Source: Phoronis australis (Eukaryota > Animalia > Phoronida). From it: a stretch of DNA of 64,000 nucleotides. Below are positions 14,316 to 27,700 of the stretch, in pieces. The notes under the pieces are model-generated. The model was not told the origin of the DNA. It made no database searches and saw only the letters and a program-made list of their open reading frames with translations. The stretch covers positions 1,633,858-1,697,857 of the forward strand of contig NMRA01000009.1 in NCBI GenBank assembly GCA_002633005.1, read 5' to 3'. Position 1 is the stretch's first letter, and each line of letters begins with the position of its first letter. The position numbers and the translations under genes were made by a program.

Positions 14316-14420
14316 TTCATGTAGTACACAAGCGAACGTCAAAACCGTAGAACGGGATAAACTACAGTTCCGTAAGCGCAATTTTCACGTTGAAGTTCTG
14401 TTTGTTTTCATCTGGGGGAA

Positions 14421-14930
14421 ATGGCGGGAAATTGTGTGACGTCAGTCATGCACATGGATTCGGAATCGCCGTTTGCTAGTAGCCAGGAGGCCCAACGCTT
14501 TTAGAGAAGTAAAAACCAAATTTTACGATTGAAAAGCAGTGCATATTTACTTTTATCTCCTTCTGCTAATTGCTTGATGAAATCCACGCCCATTGTTCTC
14601 AGTGGAGGACAGTAATGAGTAAATTGTTTCTCGCCTACTTCCAACTAAATCGACCCGACCAGAAACCGCCGCAAAGCATTCACGCTAGTGACGTTCACAA
14701 ACTTTCTACAGCACGAAAAATGAGATTTTTTTTCAATTACAAAATTAAGTTATATGTAATTAGTGAAATAACGAAAATTATTGGTACACCCAAGCAAAAA
14801 GCCGCAAAAATATTTAGTTTGGAAATGCTGTTTACGACAGTCGGGAGAGGGGAGAGGCGGGAATTGCGAAGTTCAAGGCCACGGCAATTCGTGACGTATC
14901 GTGGCCTTTTCGCATCCATACCTCTCTGGT
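14421..14930 (+). promoter_or_regulatory. Probable MDC1 promoter and non-coding first exon
   Basis: CpG-enriched. E2F-type TGGCGGGAAA (14422-14431) and GGCGGGAA (14856-14863), full CRE TGACGTCA (14437-14444), half CRE GTGACGT (about 14891), and a candidate donor CTG|GTAAAG at about 14929. Confidence 0.5.
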
Positions 14931-15108
14931 AAAGAATTTCAGGGTTAGTAGTTTCACATTTGTATGTAATATATAGTCACCCAATAACAGGCGGAAACAA
15001 TTCAGTTGTGTGCCCCTTAATTTCAGCTAAGATCCTCTGAACCCCAGAGCGCTGACACCAAACGTAAAGCCGCTGTACAAACCACAGGCGTCCTTACTCC
15101 TTAGTCAG

Positions 15109-15252
15109 TGTTGTAGATGTGCTTCCGGTGAATTATATGAGCCTCTGTTAGCTGCTCGCTAACGGGCAATATTGCCTATTAGCTGAATGGCTAGCACGCT
15201 TGCCGGTTTTATGGGGGTCGCGGGTTCGATCACCGGGTCGGCTATTACTACA
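15109..15252 (+). mobile_element. Short TG...CA LTR-like repeat with internal tRNA-type Pol III A/B boxes
   Basis: Runs TGTTGTAG...CTACA, with A box TAGCTGAATGG and B box GGTTCGATC. Homologous to 57855-58000 and 13213-14315. Confidence 0.6.
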
Positions 15253-15701
15253 TTAGCTTAATTGTTGTGTCAGATTTTATTTCGCTCATCTCAATGTAAT
15301 AAAGGCTGTAATGTAAAGCTATTGTTTGTATTTGTGCATCTTAGACTTTGCTCCAGGATTACAGTACTACTACTAGCTAGTTCTAGTAGTTGGAACTAGA
15401 CCAGCAAAACTGGTTCAGACGGTAGACTATTAATAAATCCCGCCGATGTGCAGTCATCAAGCATTCTCTCATAATGATTAATCACGCAATGAGTAATGAA
15501 ATGAGTGGCTGCAAAAGTTCCAATTGACCCATTGCACTAAACACTTGGCTACCAGGCCATTTGCAGATTTAATTGACAGGTTGCAGGAGCCATGTTTGTC
15601 TATATGTAATGTATTTCGTACCTTCTAACAATTGATCTCATCAAATCAATGTGTTTTCATCTTGTCAATCCCTAACTCCAGAGTTACGACTTTGGTTATA
15701 G

Positions 15702-18700
15702 ATGGAGTTTGATCAAACGCAAGCGATTTCTTACGAAAATGATAGTAACATTGACAGTGATGATGAGGAGGAGAAAATTGTAAGTACATTGTTTAAACCA
15801 CAGGCGTCCTCAGCTTCAGATCGTCCCCAATACACTACATATAGTAGTATTATATGTATTGTATTGAGGACGATCAGAAGATGAGGACGCCTGTGGTTTA
15901 AAGTGCCATTTCACCCTGTTTTGGTGGCTTAGAAACAGAGAACACCAAATTGGGCCTTTTACTCTGATAAAAATAGTCACTTTATGGTCCTTACCGTCAT
16001 GATAGGTTTCCGTTTCCATTATCAACTCAAGTAGCAGGCATTGCAATGCGTGCGTCATTTTCGAATTCACAATTTTAGGGTTAGCTGATGGCTTTCTAAT
16101 TTCAGACAATATATACTTTTACTGAGTTAAATTCAGTATAGTTTTGCAGATATTTAACTAAATACACAGGCATGACAATAACGTCCTACATAAGCTTAAG
16201 TACAAACATTGAGGATTTCTGATTGAAAGGTGAGACTAGCATACATGAACCAACTGATCTGATGGTTTGGAATATCTATCTGCACTTGGTGTCAGAATTA
16301 CTGTTAGGTACATGTTTCCCAATTGACCTGTCGCAAGCTCCGCCCACTTGCCTAAAGTCAACAAACAAACAATAAGATTTACCTGACAACACGTTTGTCG
16401 GGTAATATGGCGGCTTGGAAACGAAGGTGTGCCAAGAATGCTTTGTTCTTATGGCCAGTTAAGCCCTCGCTCAAAATCCTGGCGATAGATCTATTGCGAG
16501 TTTCCTTGAATTGTTTTGCAATGAATTGTCTGATTTGTTTCTAGGTTGCTTACTTAGAGGTACCATTGCAGAAAGGATTTGCTGGCAAACGCTTTCCACT
16601 GTATAAAGGTAGTAACATATTGTTTGATGAAGGTATTAATACATGAAACCACTTTATAGGTCACCGTTTAAGGTAATTGTCAAGTTTCAAGAATTTTTTT
16701 CAAAAATGCCATATTAATGTGTTGTATGAAATTGTTTATTGTTTCCCATAACAAATCTTTGAACGCATAATTTAGGAACACTGTCTTTTTGAGTTAGGTG
16801 TCACATCTTTATAAGACATTTTTAGGCCTTTTGATTCTTGACACTTTTTGAAGTTTGAACTTCTGCTTTGGTCAGTTTGCATGAAATTTTCCAAACGTAC
16901 TTTATGTTCTCTGATGAAAGGAATTGTATCTTCTAATTTTTAGTTGTCTCTCAGGCAATGGGGATATCGAATTACAAAAACGAAGTAAAGATATGAGATT
17001 TTGTTTTAAAAATGATTAATGGCTGATATCTCTGTTGTTTGATTGTGAATAAAAAATCTGACATACTATTTTTTTGCATATGAATAAACACGAAGTCGAC
17101 TACAGTTTATGTTCGTTAAAAATGTGTTGAAAGTGAGTGTAAAAGAAGAATTTTCACAAACAATGGCTGTCACATAGTGTTATGATCTATTGGGCGATGG
17201 TTTACGGCATGAATTAAGGAGACATTTCTGTCATCAAGTGTTCAAATGAAATATTATAGTTTGAAAATTGGCAATTAAAATGTTATTTGATAAAACGTGA
17301 AAGGCCTTTGCAAACGTTGACAATTATCTTAAATACCTCACAATCATAGAGTCAGGGCTTTTGTATTGCTGGTTGCTGTTGATGCGACTATTTGAAATGA
17401 CCAAGGCAGCTTCAAGCACAGCTGCACTTTAGCTTGAAATTAGACTCAATGTTATACATTCAATACGTGGAAAAATGCAGTGCTTGGTAGTGACTTACAA
17501 GTGTTTTGTACAAGAATGTCACTGTTCCTTGTGTGCATGACATCACAGTTGGCTCCGCCTACTTTAATGTCCGTCATCCTAGTTTTTGTGTGGTTTTATG
17601 CCATTACTTTGCTTGATGGATCATGAGTTTGCATAAAAAATAGCCCATAACTTCTGGCTGCTAAGATGTTCTCCAATAGGAACCTGCCTTGTCAACTAAA
17701 ATGGTGAATGTCAGTGTTGCCATCTTGCAGGTTCTAATATCATTGGTCGTAGTGCAGAGGGCATTCAAGTTCACATACCTATACAGGTAAGGTTTATAGT
17801 GATCATGTTCAGTACGTACAAGTGGCTTGTTGCTTAGTCGCGCATTCTAGTGATTTTGATGGTCATGTCAGAATTTGTTGTCTTGGATCTGTTTCATTAC
17901 AAGTGATTAAAGACATATTCAGAAATTCTTGTTGATGTTCCCACTAATTTTGATTGTGGTAACCATTCTTTGAAAAGTAAAAAATTGGGATTCGTTTCAA
18001 TGCACAATAAATGATGAATTATCATAGTCATCCTGGACAGAGTTTACATTTTTATACACCCACATATTTATATGTGAGCGCATTATGCCATCGTCCCTGT
18101 CTGCCCAGCACAAATTCTGTATTTACATATACATGAGGGTCATTACTAAAATTTGGAGATGTCTGGTGTGTTCCTGATGAGACGACAAAATGCTGGTGTT
18201 GATTTTCGGACACGTTCAACTACTTTGGCTCTGTCTAGTGGCAATTTTATTTTTTTGTGTTCACAACTGTATCTCCTTTACCCTTTTGCAAGATCTTTCT
18301 AAAATTTAGAAGATGTGTTCCTATGGAGATGGCAAAAGATGACGGCGAATTTTAGACTAATCCAACTACAGCTGTGCTCACTGGTGGCAATTTTATTTTT
18401 TGCATTTGCCTCTGTAACGTTCCTTGGTGCTTTTTTGTGAACTTGGGCAAGCAAATCTCTATAATGAAGACGACAACACATTTCCTTTTTGTGATGAATT
18501 CTTGTATTCTGCACCAACTAGTGGCCATTTTAATAAGTTTTTAGTATGTTTTTTGTCATCTGCTTCTGTATCTGCCAAACCGCACAGATGTGTTCCTACT
18601 GACGAGAGCATGACTTATGTCGATCTTCAAATGGATCCAACTTCTGTTGTGCATTCTAGGGACATTCTTTGCATCTACGGCTATATCTACTAAACCCCTT

Positions 18701-21700
18701 GCGAGTTGTTTTTGAATTTTTGCAATTGTATTCCTATTAACTTGACATCAGGTGGACGGATGTGACTACTTCTGTGGATCCAAATGGCATTTTTTTTTGG
18801 AGTTTTTTGACAGATTTTCATGAAATTTGGCAAGTAATTTTGAGAGACAACGACACCATCCCAATCTTGGATGGTGTTCAATGTATTCTGTGCCATCTAA
18901 TGGCCATTTTGTATCCTAGAAATGAACACCCCTAGAAGCACACTGTTTACGGTGCAGTTGTGAATGCATTTCAATGCTCTGCATTGCTCTTGTATAGTTT
19001 GTGGTTGAAAATAAATGAAAAACGTATTTTAAACATTGGGTTGGGAAGAGAAAGCAGTAATGTTACTTAATATGGCTTGGAGCAAAAAGTACACAACAGG
19101 TATGAGAAGGTACCAGCAATGCATGTGTATTATGGTTTGTGGTTGGAATGAAAGACAGATGTACTCCCTCACTGCCACCTGGTGGTAGGACAGTGACAAC
19201 AAAATGTACTTATTAAACTTATGTTATACATGTGTTGTAATGTACACTTGCAAGCATAATTTCCTTGTTATTCAATTATGTTTCAGTCACTGTCAAAGGA
19301 GCATTGCTGTATTGACTGCGGTGGAGACACTTGTCTGGTTTATGACATGGGCAGTAAAAACAAGACACGGATGGGCAAGGTAACTAAACATTACTGCATT
19401 GAGTTGTGGTTGGGCTTGCCCGATCACAACCAAGTCCACCCCCTCTGCTGGCACTGCCTCAACTAACCAAAACTTAAATGTTTTGTGTTTGTTTCTAATT
19501 CGAAGTACAGCCTTTCATGCTATTTAGAGCAGACCAGCCAACAGACCATATGGCTTTTTCTTGGAACTGGGCAAGCCTAAGTAGTAGAGGTGTCGGATAG
19601 AGTAAACTCAGAACTCCTATGAATGGCTTTCTTTGCTCAATAGTATGTGATCACCTCTGTTATTTTAAGTCTAATCCATATTCTGTTCCCCACATCAAGG
19701 GTGTAATAGAAAGGAATGACTGAGAAGTGAAGATCTCTGAAGTCAATAAAATCTGAATCTGAGAGTTTTTGTGAGCGTAAAAGGACACTAAAACCTGTTT
19801 CAGCCGATCTTCGTCTTGTCACCTGCTAATGTATCATTGGCGTCAATCTTGAAAAATAAAAGCAGGAATCAACTAAAAACTCATACTCCCTATGACACAG
19901 ATTGTATATTATGGTTCTTGGTGGGTGGTCTTTCCCCACAGTTGCCTTGTAATTCACTAAAACCAAACTCCTAAATGAGTTTTCAAAATTTCCTCAAAAC
20001 TTTGAGGGTTACGTAGCATTATTTTGCTTCAGGGAATTGGATGGGAAAGTCGTTTTTGATATCTTTATAGGCCAAAACCAGGTTTCCTATCCTTTTAAGG
20101 GACACTATCTATTTTAAGCTGCAAAACGTATTTTTGGATTTTTGTTGGATGGGATAGACATTTTGAAACTGAATTTCTTGGACCGCATCAAGTATAATAT
20201 AGACACTTGACAACTACAATAATGTCAGACCATAATGTAATGTTCAGTTTTGTTTTAGATGTTTCTAACTCCACACATCCGGTACCAGCTACTTGAGAAC
20301 AACCAGTTACTGTTAGGTGATGTTACCTGTACTTTTATAAAGTCACATGATCAAGTCATGCAGGTAAGCAATGTAATTGAAGAAATTCTGTTAACCTGGA
20401 TTTAGAGTTTCCTGTAATAATAAAACTGTTGAAGCCCCAGTCCGTTGTTGCATTTGATAATTTTCAATACAGTGACTTTGGATTTGGTTCATTTAATGTT
20501 ATATGCTGAACAAGTGGTATCAATTTAGAGAGAGGTTCATAGTGATTTCTGGGCTTGGGTAAAACCAGGCATTATTTTTTATGAAGAGTGACCTTAAGTC
20601 ATAAGTTTCATTTCATGCAGCTGTGCTTATACGACGTATGTTTTTTTGGTTTGGATGCTAGACTTTTGTGTTGTATCAGTTTTCCGTGGACAATATTTTA
20701 ATAAGATTCAGAACTCTCAATATTTCCTTTGACAATCTATGAGGCTTTGTTCTGAAGACTTTGTTTTGTTATTTGACTCAAATATTTACATTTTACTCTA
20801 CAGTTGGATGATGGTGATGACTCAGACACAGGTTCTGAGTCCATGTTGGTGGAGGCTTGTCGCCAGCCTCAAGGACCACGAGCTGCTAGTGAGGAGGAGA
20901 CGCCATCTGTTGGCAATGAGGAAAACTTCAGCTCTGACCTGCTGCAACCGACCCAGGTAAGGAGGGGTCCACCTAAGTATTACAACTGCATCTGGTGTCT
21001 AAGAACAGTGTCTGAACTTGACTTGAAATTTACCTAAATAATGTTCCTTTGAAAATGACGAGTTTCAATTATTTTTTTCTGAGCACTGGCTTTGAATTTT
21101 TGATGAATTGGATGTCAGTTTAACTTTTTGTGGTCTGATTTCATTAATGAACGAATACTCGATATAAACTGCTGACTTCATGTTCGAAGCATATTTCCAA
21201 TAACTGTACTGTAGTTGTTCTTGGATACAAAGTAGGTGGTGTACTGTCACTTGTCAAATGCAGGCACTTGACGGAAAGAGAGGAAACAAGCCCTGAAATA
21301 GTTATGTTGCCTACATTCATATATCATGTTGTTCACTGCAAAAACATTATGTTATATTGTCTGTTGTGTTATTTTACTGATTAATTGTTGTGTTCATTGT
21401 AGGCTTATGCACCTGACGGCAGTGGACCATTACTGCGAAAAGCTGAGACACCACTGGTGGAGGACTCCTGCAATGAGGATACAGAGTCATTCACTGTGAA
21501 GCCAAGCCAAGTGATGCGCGAATCAGTTGCTGAAACACCGAGTATGTTTCTAATGTGTGTAATTGTAGTTCATAATCAATCTCTGTGTGTATAAAGGAAC
21601 ATTCTCAGTAGGTGAACTATAGAGTTGCATTCATAGAGACTCAGAAACATGATATTGCAATTATTTTTATTTTGTGCTTGACCATAATTTCCACCTGACT

Positions 21701-24700
21701 TCAAACTTTGCATTACAAAGCTGCATGCTGAAATTTATAAAGCAGCTGAACCACAGTTAGGGACTGTCAGCCTGAAATTAAACTTTGCTGCTGTGCACCA
21801 TGGTTCTCTAATTGATCAGGTGCCATTTGCACTCCTATTATTTTTCGTCTTTTATTAGTTAAGTGTGTTGCCTGTATTGAGTACTTTGTGTTATTTCAGG
21901 GACAGGTGACAACAACCAGACAGTGGATGAGACTCAGATATTTGAATCATGTAGGTGTCATATCCCTTTGATCCAATGTAACCTGTGCATGTGGTCGTCA
22001 AGTCATTCACTATGTTTTACCGTAAGCATTTGGGTTATCACCCTGGGCGCTTAAATTGGTGAGACTAGAAATTGGGGTGAAAAGGGAGGGTTTAACCCAG
22101 AGGTGGGTGGTTAAGTCGATAATTTCAAGAAATTTGAGGGTTTCACCTAGAGATAGATGCTCAAATTGAAAAGTTCAAGAAATTGGGAGTGTATACACCT
22201 ACCCAAACACGAGCCCTTAGCCTGAGCTAGATGGAGGCCCTGTTCACCTGACCTTCAAAACTGATGTCCACAGACCCGAAGTTCAGAGAATTTGCTGCGA
22301 GTCTATTTGGCGATGCGAAAGCTGAATTTACGTGTTCTTACCGATATATAAAATATGCCTAAGTATTTTTTGATATGTCAAATTAATGCTCCTCAATTTA
22401 CACCATAATATGGAGTTCAATGATTGTACTAGCAGCTAGGCTCTCCTCTAATATCTGATGTATTATAGATTAAAGATTCTGGCTTGACATAATTATTGGT
22501 ATCGGTCTTTTTTGTGTACTCTTACCTGGAGCTCTGAATGTTGTGATTATTGTTGTCATTGTAATACAACTAAAGCTCCATAACAAGATAATCAACTTAA
22601 AACTAGTTAAAAGTAAATAGATTGGTGGTATAGCATAGAGTTGTTGAATTCACTTTGGTTCATTGTGCAACTGTAACATTTGGAGTGCTAAGCCTTCATA
22701 TACTTTGTAAGTCAACACTATTGTGTATCATATTGCTCACATTGTTCATTTCCCTCAGTATGGTTGCGAGAGTGTGTGTGCTTGACACACTTGTTGCCAT
22801 CTGTTCTAGCAAGAGAGGTGTCTCAAAATTCAATTACCAAGTTATTTTTGTGATTAAGTATTATTTATTCATACCACTTGTGTCAACAATATTACCATGA
22901 ATCTTAAGTAACAGAAGGGAGTGCCTGTACCAACTATGGGACAGAAGTCTAGCCTGCCAGATTTTACCTAATCACTAGTTTTGCACGTTTTGGTGAGTTG
23001 AATGCACGATATGCATGAGAGTGAAATGGTATGACTGATTCTTCACTTATTTTGCGCAAAAATAATCACAAAAATTTTCTCTGTTGTCAAATGTTGATAT
23101 TCTTGCTATAAACAAAAGAATTTGTGCTTGTTATAGTTATATAACAAACATCTCCACTGAACAAATGAAGCAAAAAAATTATTAACCTTTATTTTTGTTG
23201 AAGAAAATTCTTTCCGAATTGAATCATTGGATACTTCCTCACTGTAAACAAATTGCTCATTTGATGACATTTATTTTTGTTTAAAGAATAAACAGTAAAA
23301 GTTGCGTATATGAAATTCAGTCTGCCATTGAAAAACAGTCTTGTGCCAGATTTTTTCAGATTGAATGGCGTACACTTACTTCTGTGTTGAAATAGTCAAT
23401 TCCCGCATTTTGTGAACCAGCTTTCTCCACTAAATAATGTGCATCAAACTGGTTCTCAAAATCCAGGACCCTGTAAGTGATTATTGCTGAAATGTTTACT
23501 CTGCTTTTAAAGCAGTTAGTTCAATTCAAATGTTTCCAATCGCATCTTTCATTTTCTAATGATTAGAACATGTGTGACTAACCCAGTTGTATCTATACCT
23601 CTGTATGGTCACATGTCACCTGTTGTTCCTAGGTACCCAGTCACCTGCCGTTAACGCAGTACAGAACCCTAAATTGAGTCTGGCTGAGGAGTCTGATACA
23701 GGTAGGACTATGCTAGCTTTAAAAAACCTGCTTTCATCTGGAATAAGTTTACTTGTTTTTAATAATGAAAGAGAGGTTTCCAAATTTTTCACAGTTACAA
23801 TGTGGATTGAGTACTGGGTACTTCTGGAGCTAGATGAAAATCAATTACAACAAATCTGGCAATAAATAGAGCTGCTGATTGAAAGCAATCTATCAATTCT
23901 ACTCACTCGATCTCCTGGCGTGATAAAAACTGTAGAAGACTCTTGTACAAAGATAGAGGTTTTAGTCAAATGCTTAAAAGATGATTGATGAATTTTAGTG
24001 TGAAAGTAACGTGCACCTTATTAGCATAGTACATATATAAGTGAACAATGCCAATGAGATAAAACTTCATACATAGTCTACCTGCTACTTGTGAATGTAT
24101 CATGTTTCAGATGATGAGTTATTTGAGAGTGCCATCTATGGAGCTGCTACTCAAGCATATGTGCCGGAGTCAGATGGTGAAGATGACAGCACACAGACCT
24201 ATGATGTGGTCAACGAGTCGGAGCAGGTTAGATTCAAGTGCTACTCACATTAGTTGTAATTTGGACTTATTTAGATCATAGTCATTGCAAACAGCAAAAA
24301 GTAAGTTTATAGTATTCATTGAGGTTTACAGCCGTTTTTTGGGTGAAGCCAAACCGTTCTTTTCCAAATTTTCTTTCAATTAGGAGGGATACTGAGTAAA
24401 ACTTACTCAGTATGCAAAATATACTAAGAAGATGAACGTCATTTATGAAAATCTATTAAACACCTAACATTTCTAGCAGTGCTCCTCCTCAAGAGGGCGT
24501 GGCATAGTTCATGAATGGATGTTGCTTTTGTCTGCAGCTGTAGTTTTTGCCAGTGTTTGTTTGCCATCTTCGGAGTAATTTTGTAGTAAAGTTTTTAGAA
24601 TCACAAGTTCGTTCATTGCTCACTTATATGAATATCAGTTGGTTTCCAGTTCAGTAGGGCTTATTTGGTACTTCACATTGAGATATTAACAAGTCATAAC

Positions 24701-27700
24701 ATATGGAAATTTTATTATATCTAGATGCAGGTGTTTGGTGCAATGGTCCCAACTGAGCGGCGCACATCTGATACAACGTGTATCAGACCACCTGCACTAA
24801 TTTTTCACTATATCTGTGTTTTTATGTGTACCTAAAAATTTTTACAAAAGTCAGATATTGACAAAATAGTAACTTCCATGCCTCTTTTGTACTGATCTCA
24901 TTACTCATATGCTTCAGTGTTTGTGTTGAAGGTTGCTGACAGTGACGTTGAGAAATCTGACACTGTTCAACGTTTTGATCCTTTGATGGAATCCACTCAG
25001 ATCTACCAAGTTGCAGATGAAGGTAAACCTGTTGATGAAGACGCGACACAGCTGTATGAACCAATGGAGGAAGAGACGGGTATTTACGATGTGGTTACAC
25101 AGAGGCCCCCTGGTGTTGGCAGCTCAACTCACGTGTATGAGGCAGCAGAGGAGAATGATTGTGTGGATGGTGACAGTGGCAACCCCTCTAGGGATGCGCA
25201 GGAAGAAACTCAAGCTATTGATAGGGATATATATTGTGAAGCCACTCAGAGGTACGAACCTTCACATAATGAGGTCAAACCTGACTCAGACGTGTGTAAT
25301 GAGGTCACTCAGCCACATATGACAGATGCTTCTGCCAATCAGGATGTTGATGAGGAGCCCAAGGATTCCACATTTGACATGGTTGCCTCCACCTTACCCA
25401 TCACCATCCAAGCGACTGCTGATACTTCAACGAATCAGGGCACTACTATCGAGCAAGAGGCTTCCACACTGGATATGAATTGCGCTACCTTGCCTGTCAG
25501 TCCCCAGGTGACACCAGAGAAACCCAGGCATCCTGAGGGATCATTGTTTCGAATTCGCTGTCAGCAGTCTGGATCACTGGGCACAGAAGAATCTCCTTTC
25601 AAGCGTCCCCATACACCACCCATGGGAACACCTGACATGGCAAAAGCTGGACATATGTTCACACCTGAAAAGGATTCTCAGAGTCCAAAAACTAGTTTGA
25701 AAGGAGCATTGAAAACTTTGAACCTGCTTGAAGAATCATCGTCAGAAGAAGATAACTCCCAAAAGGAGACATTGTTGATAACACCTGAGGTGACCCCAGA
25801 TAAACCGACCACACATCCACTTGGTTCACTGAAGAAGGTGCACTTCTCAGATGACCAGGTATGCAATTCTCTGATCAGCCATTGAACATACAGAACATGC
25901 CAAATGTATTCAGACAAAATTACTCAGAATTCCCCGTCATGATTGGAATAGCTTCTTCTCATGACAGAGAAGGAAAGGTGAGTCAGTTTGTCTTTATTAG
26001 TCTGCCATGTTGCCCCTATGATAATCATTGTCAGTCATCTTTTGCTGTAAATAGGATAATACTTCAAAACGGGAAACAGTATTTTGTCTGATTACTTTTG
26101 TCTTGCACTGTATGGCCTACTTGGGCTTCAGTGTTACTGTCATTCTTGTGAAAAAATAATTACTGATTCTTATTACTTTATTTAGACAGTAACTTGCTTT
26201 ATTGCACAGCTAGCTTTTTTGTTTTCATGTGGAGTCTGGTTGTTTTGTTGGTTATTGTCAAGGAGATACACGAAAATGATCGTATTTTTCATGGTTTTGA
26301 AAATTCTCTTAAAAATGCTGTTTGTTTTTCATCCGCAGTTCTTTGATAGGTAGAAATTCGCTGCACACAAAATATAATTGGGGCTAATTTTTATTTCTCA
26401 ATATAATGCTTAGGAGAGTGCCATCCTTTGATAGTATTTCATTAAGTGAATTCCTTTATTTCGGATATGAAAATAGCAGTGCGACAGTGTATAATATTGA
26501 TAGATATTCAGCAACATAATTGTCCATTATCAAGACAGTCCTCAATGCATTATGATGTTTTGTCAATATCCTGTGTTCTTTAATAGGCCAATGCCTCGCC
26601 ACTTCCAAGATCACAAGATATTGACAGTACTGACGACTGTGGTGACCTTACACAGGCCTATGATGTTCCTGATGCTCCTGCTGACATTGACGAAGAGAAC
26701 ACCGTAGAGCCAAGTTTTACCCAGGCTTACACCTTAGAGGCTCATGAGGTATACCTTCAGCAACACTTCACATAAAACGAAGATATGTTAAGACTATCCT
26801 CTAAAAGATAAGCACTCAAAAAATTTTGTTTGAAAAGACCAATCTCCTTTCACCAGTGAGATAGACAACTAGTAATGTGTTCTGTGTATAGACGTGTTGT
26901 AGAATAGATACTCTTGACTCGTGATGTGGCATTCCATCGCAACTGGTTAATAAGTGAGTCTAGGTACTCTGGTGCCTTTGGCGGTGTATCAGACATGTTC
27001 AGGACACATGGTATGAAACATGGAAGCAAAACTCATGAGAGCCCTCTTTTCGGTCATCAGGTTCTTTTTGAAAATTTTTTTGTAAGTCAGCCTGCGTCTT
27101 TTAAGAGAATGGACTGGCTTCCAGTTCAAGCTGACAGATTTTGTATGGTGATCCAACCTTCTGTTGAACAATGGTGTACATGGTGCACAGATCAACATGT
27201 GTGTTTGCCAATCAATTTGTTTTATGCAACTTAAGTAGGGAACTGTGGGATTGGCCCTTAGTATTTTTGATAAAGAATGGTTTTAGCAGCCAGTCACATA
27301 ATGAAGGTTATGATTTTGAGCATGAGTGGGAGAATGCACTTTTGATCGTATTTCAAGTTTTGTGAAGGCTAAGACTTAACAAAGTTGGGAATGGGGGTTG
27401 TCCTTGTTATAACTGTTTCAGTTTTCTACTCCTGTGCAGTAGAGCTACTCATGTTTTGTGGTTTACTTCAATGTTGGATTGATAGAAACTACTGGCAAAT
27501 TTTTAGTTTTGTTCTTTTGTTTAATGTGCAAGGTGCTTCCTTTAAGTGAAATGTGTGGACTGGTGTCTGAAGAAACCAAAGAAAGTCATGATTCGTGTGA
27601 TCATTAAACAGTACATGCTTAAATATTATGTTAGCATTCCAAATAGAGTTTGTGATCTGTGCTACTAATGTAGTTTGTAAATTGGAGTTCATTGGGAAGG

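Noticed and set aside
15170-15245. Functional tRNA gene
   Set aside because: A and B boxes are present, but there is no convincing acceptor stem or cloverleaf, and it is part of a dispersed repeat.
16320-16497. Possible MITE with AATAGA-type ends
   Set aside because: The TIR match is degenerate, and there is no full second copy in the window.
24722-24800. Tiny TAG...CTA inverted repeat
   Set aside because: Short imperfect arms and no TSD; not enough to call an element.
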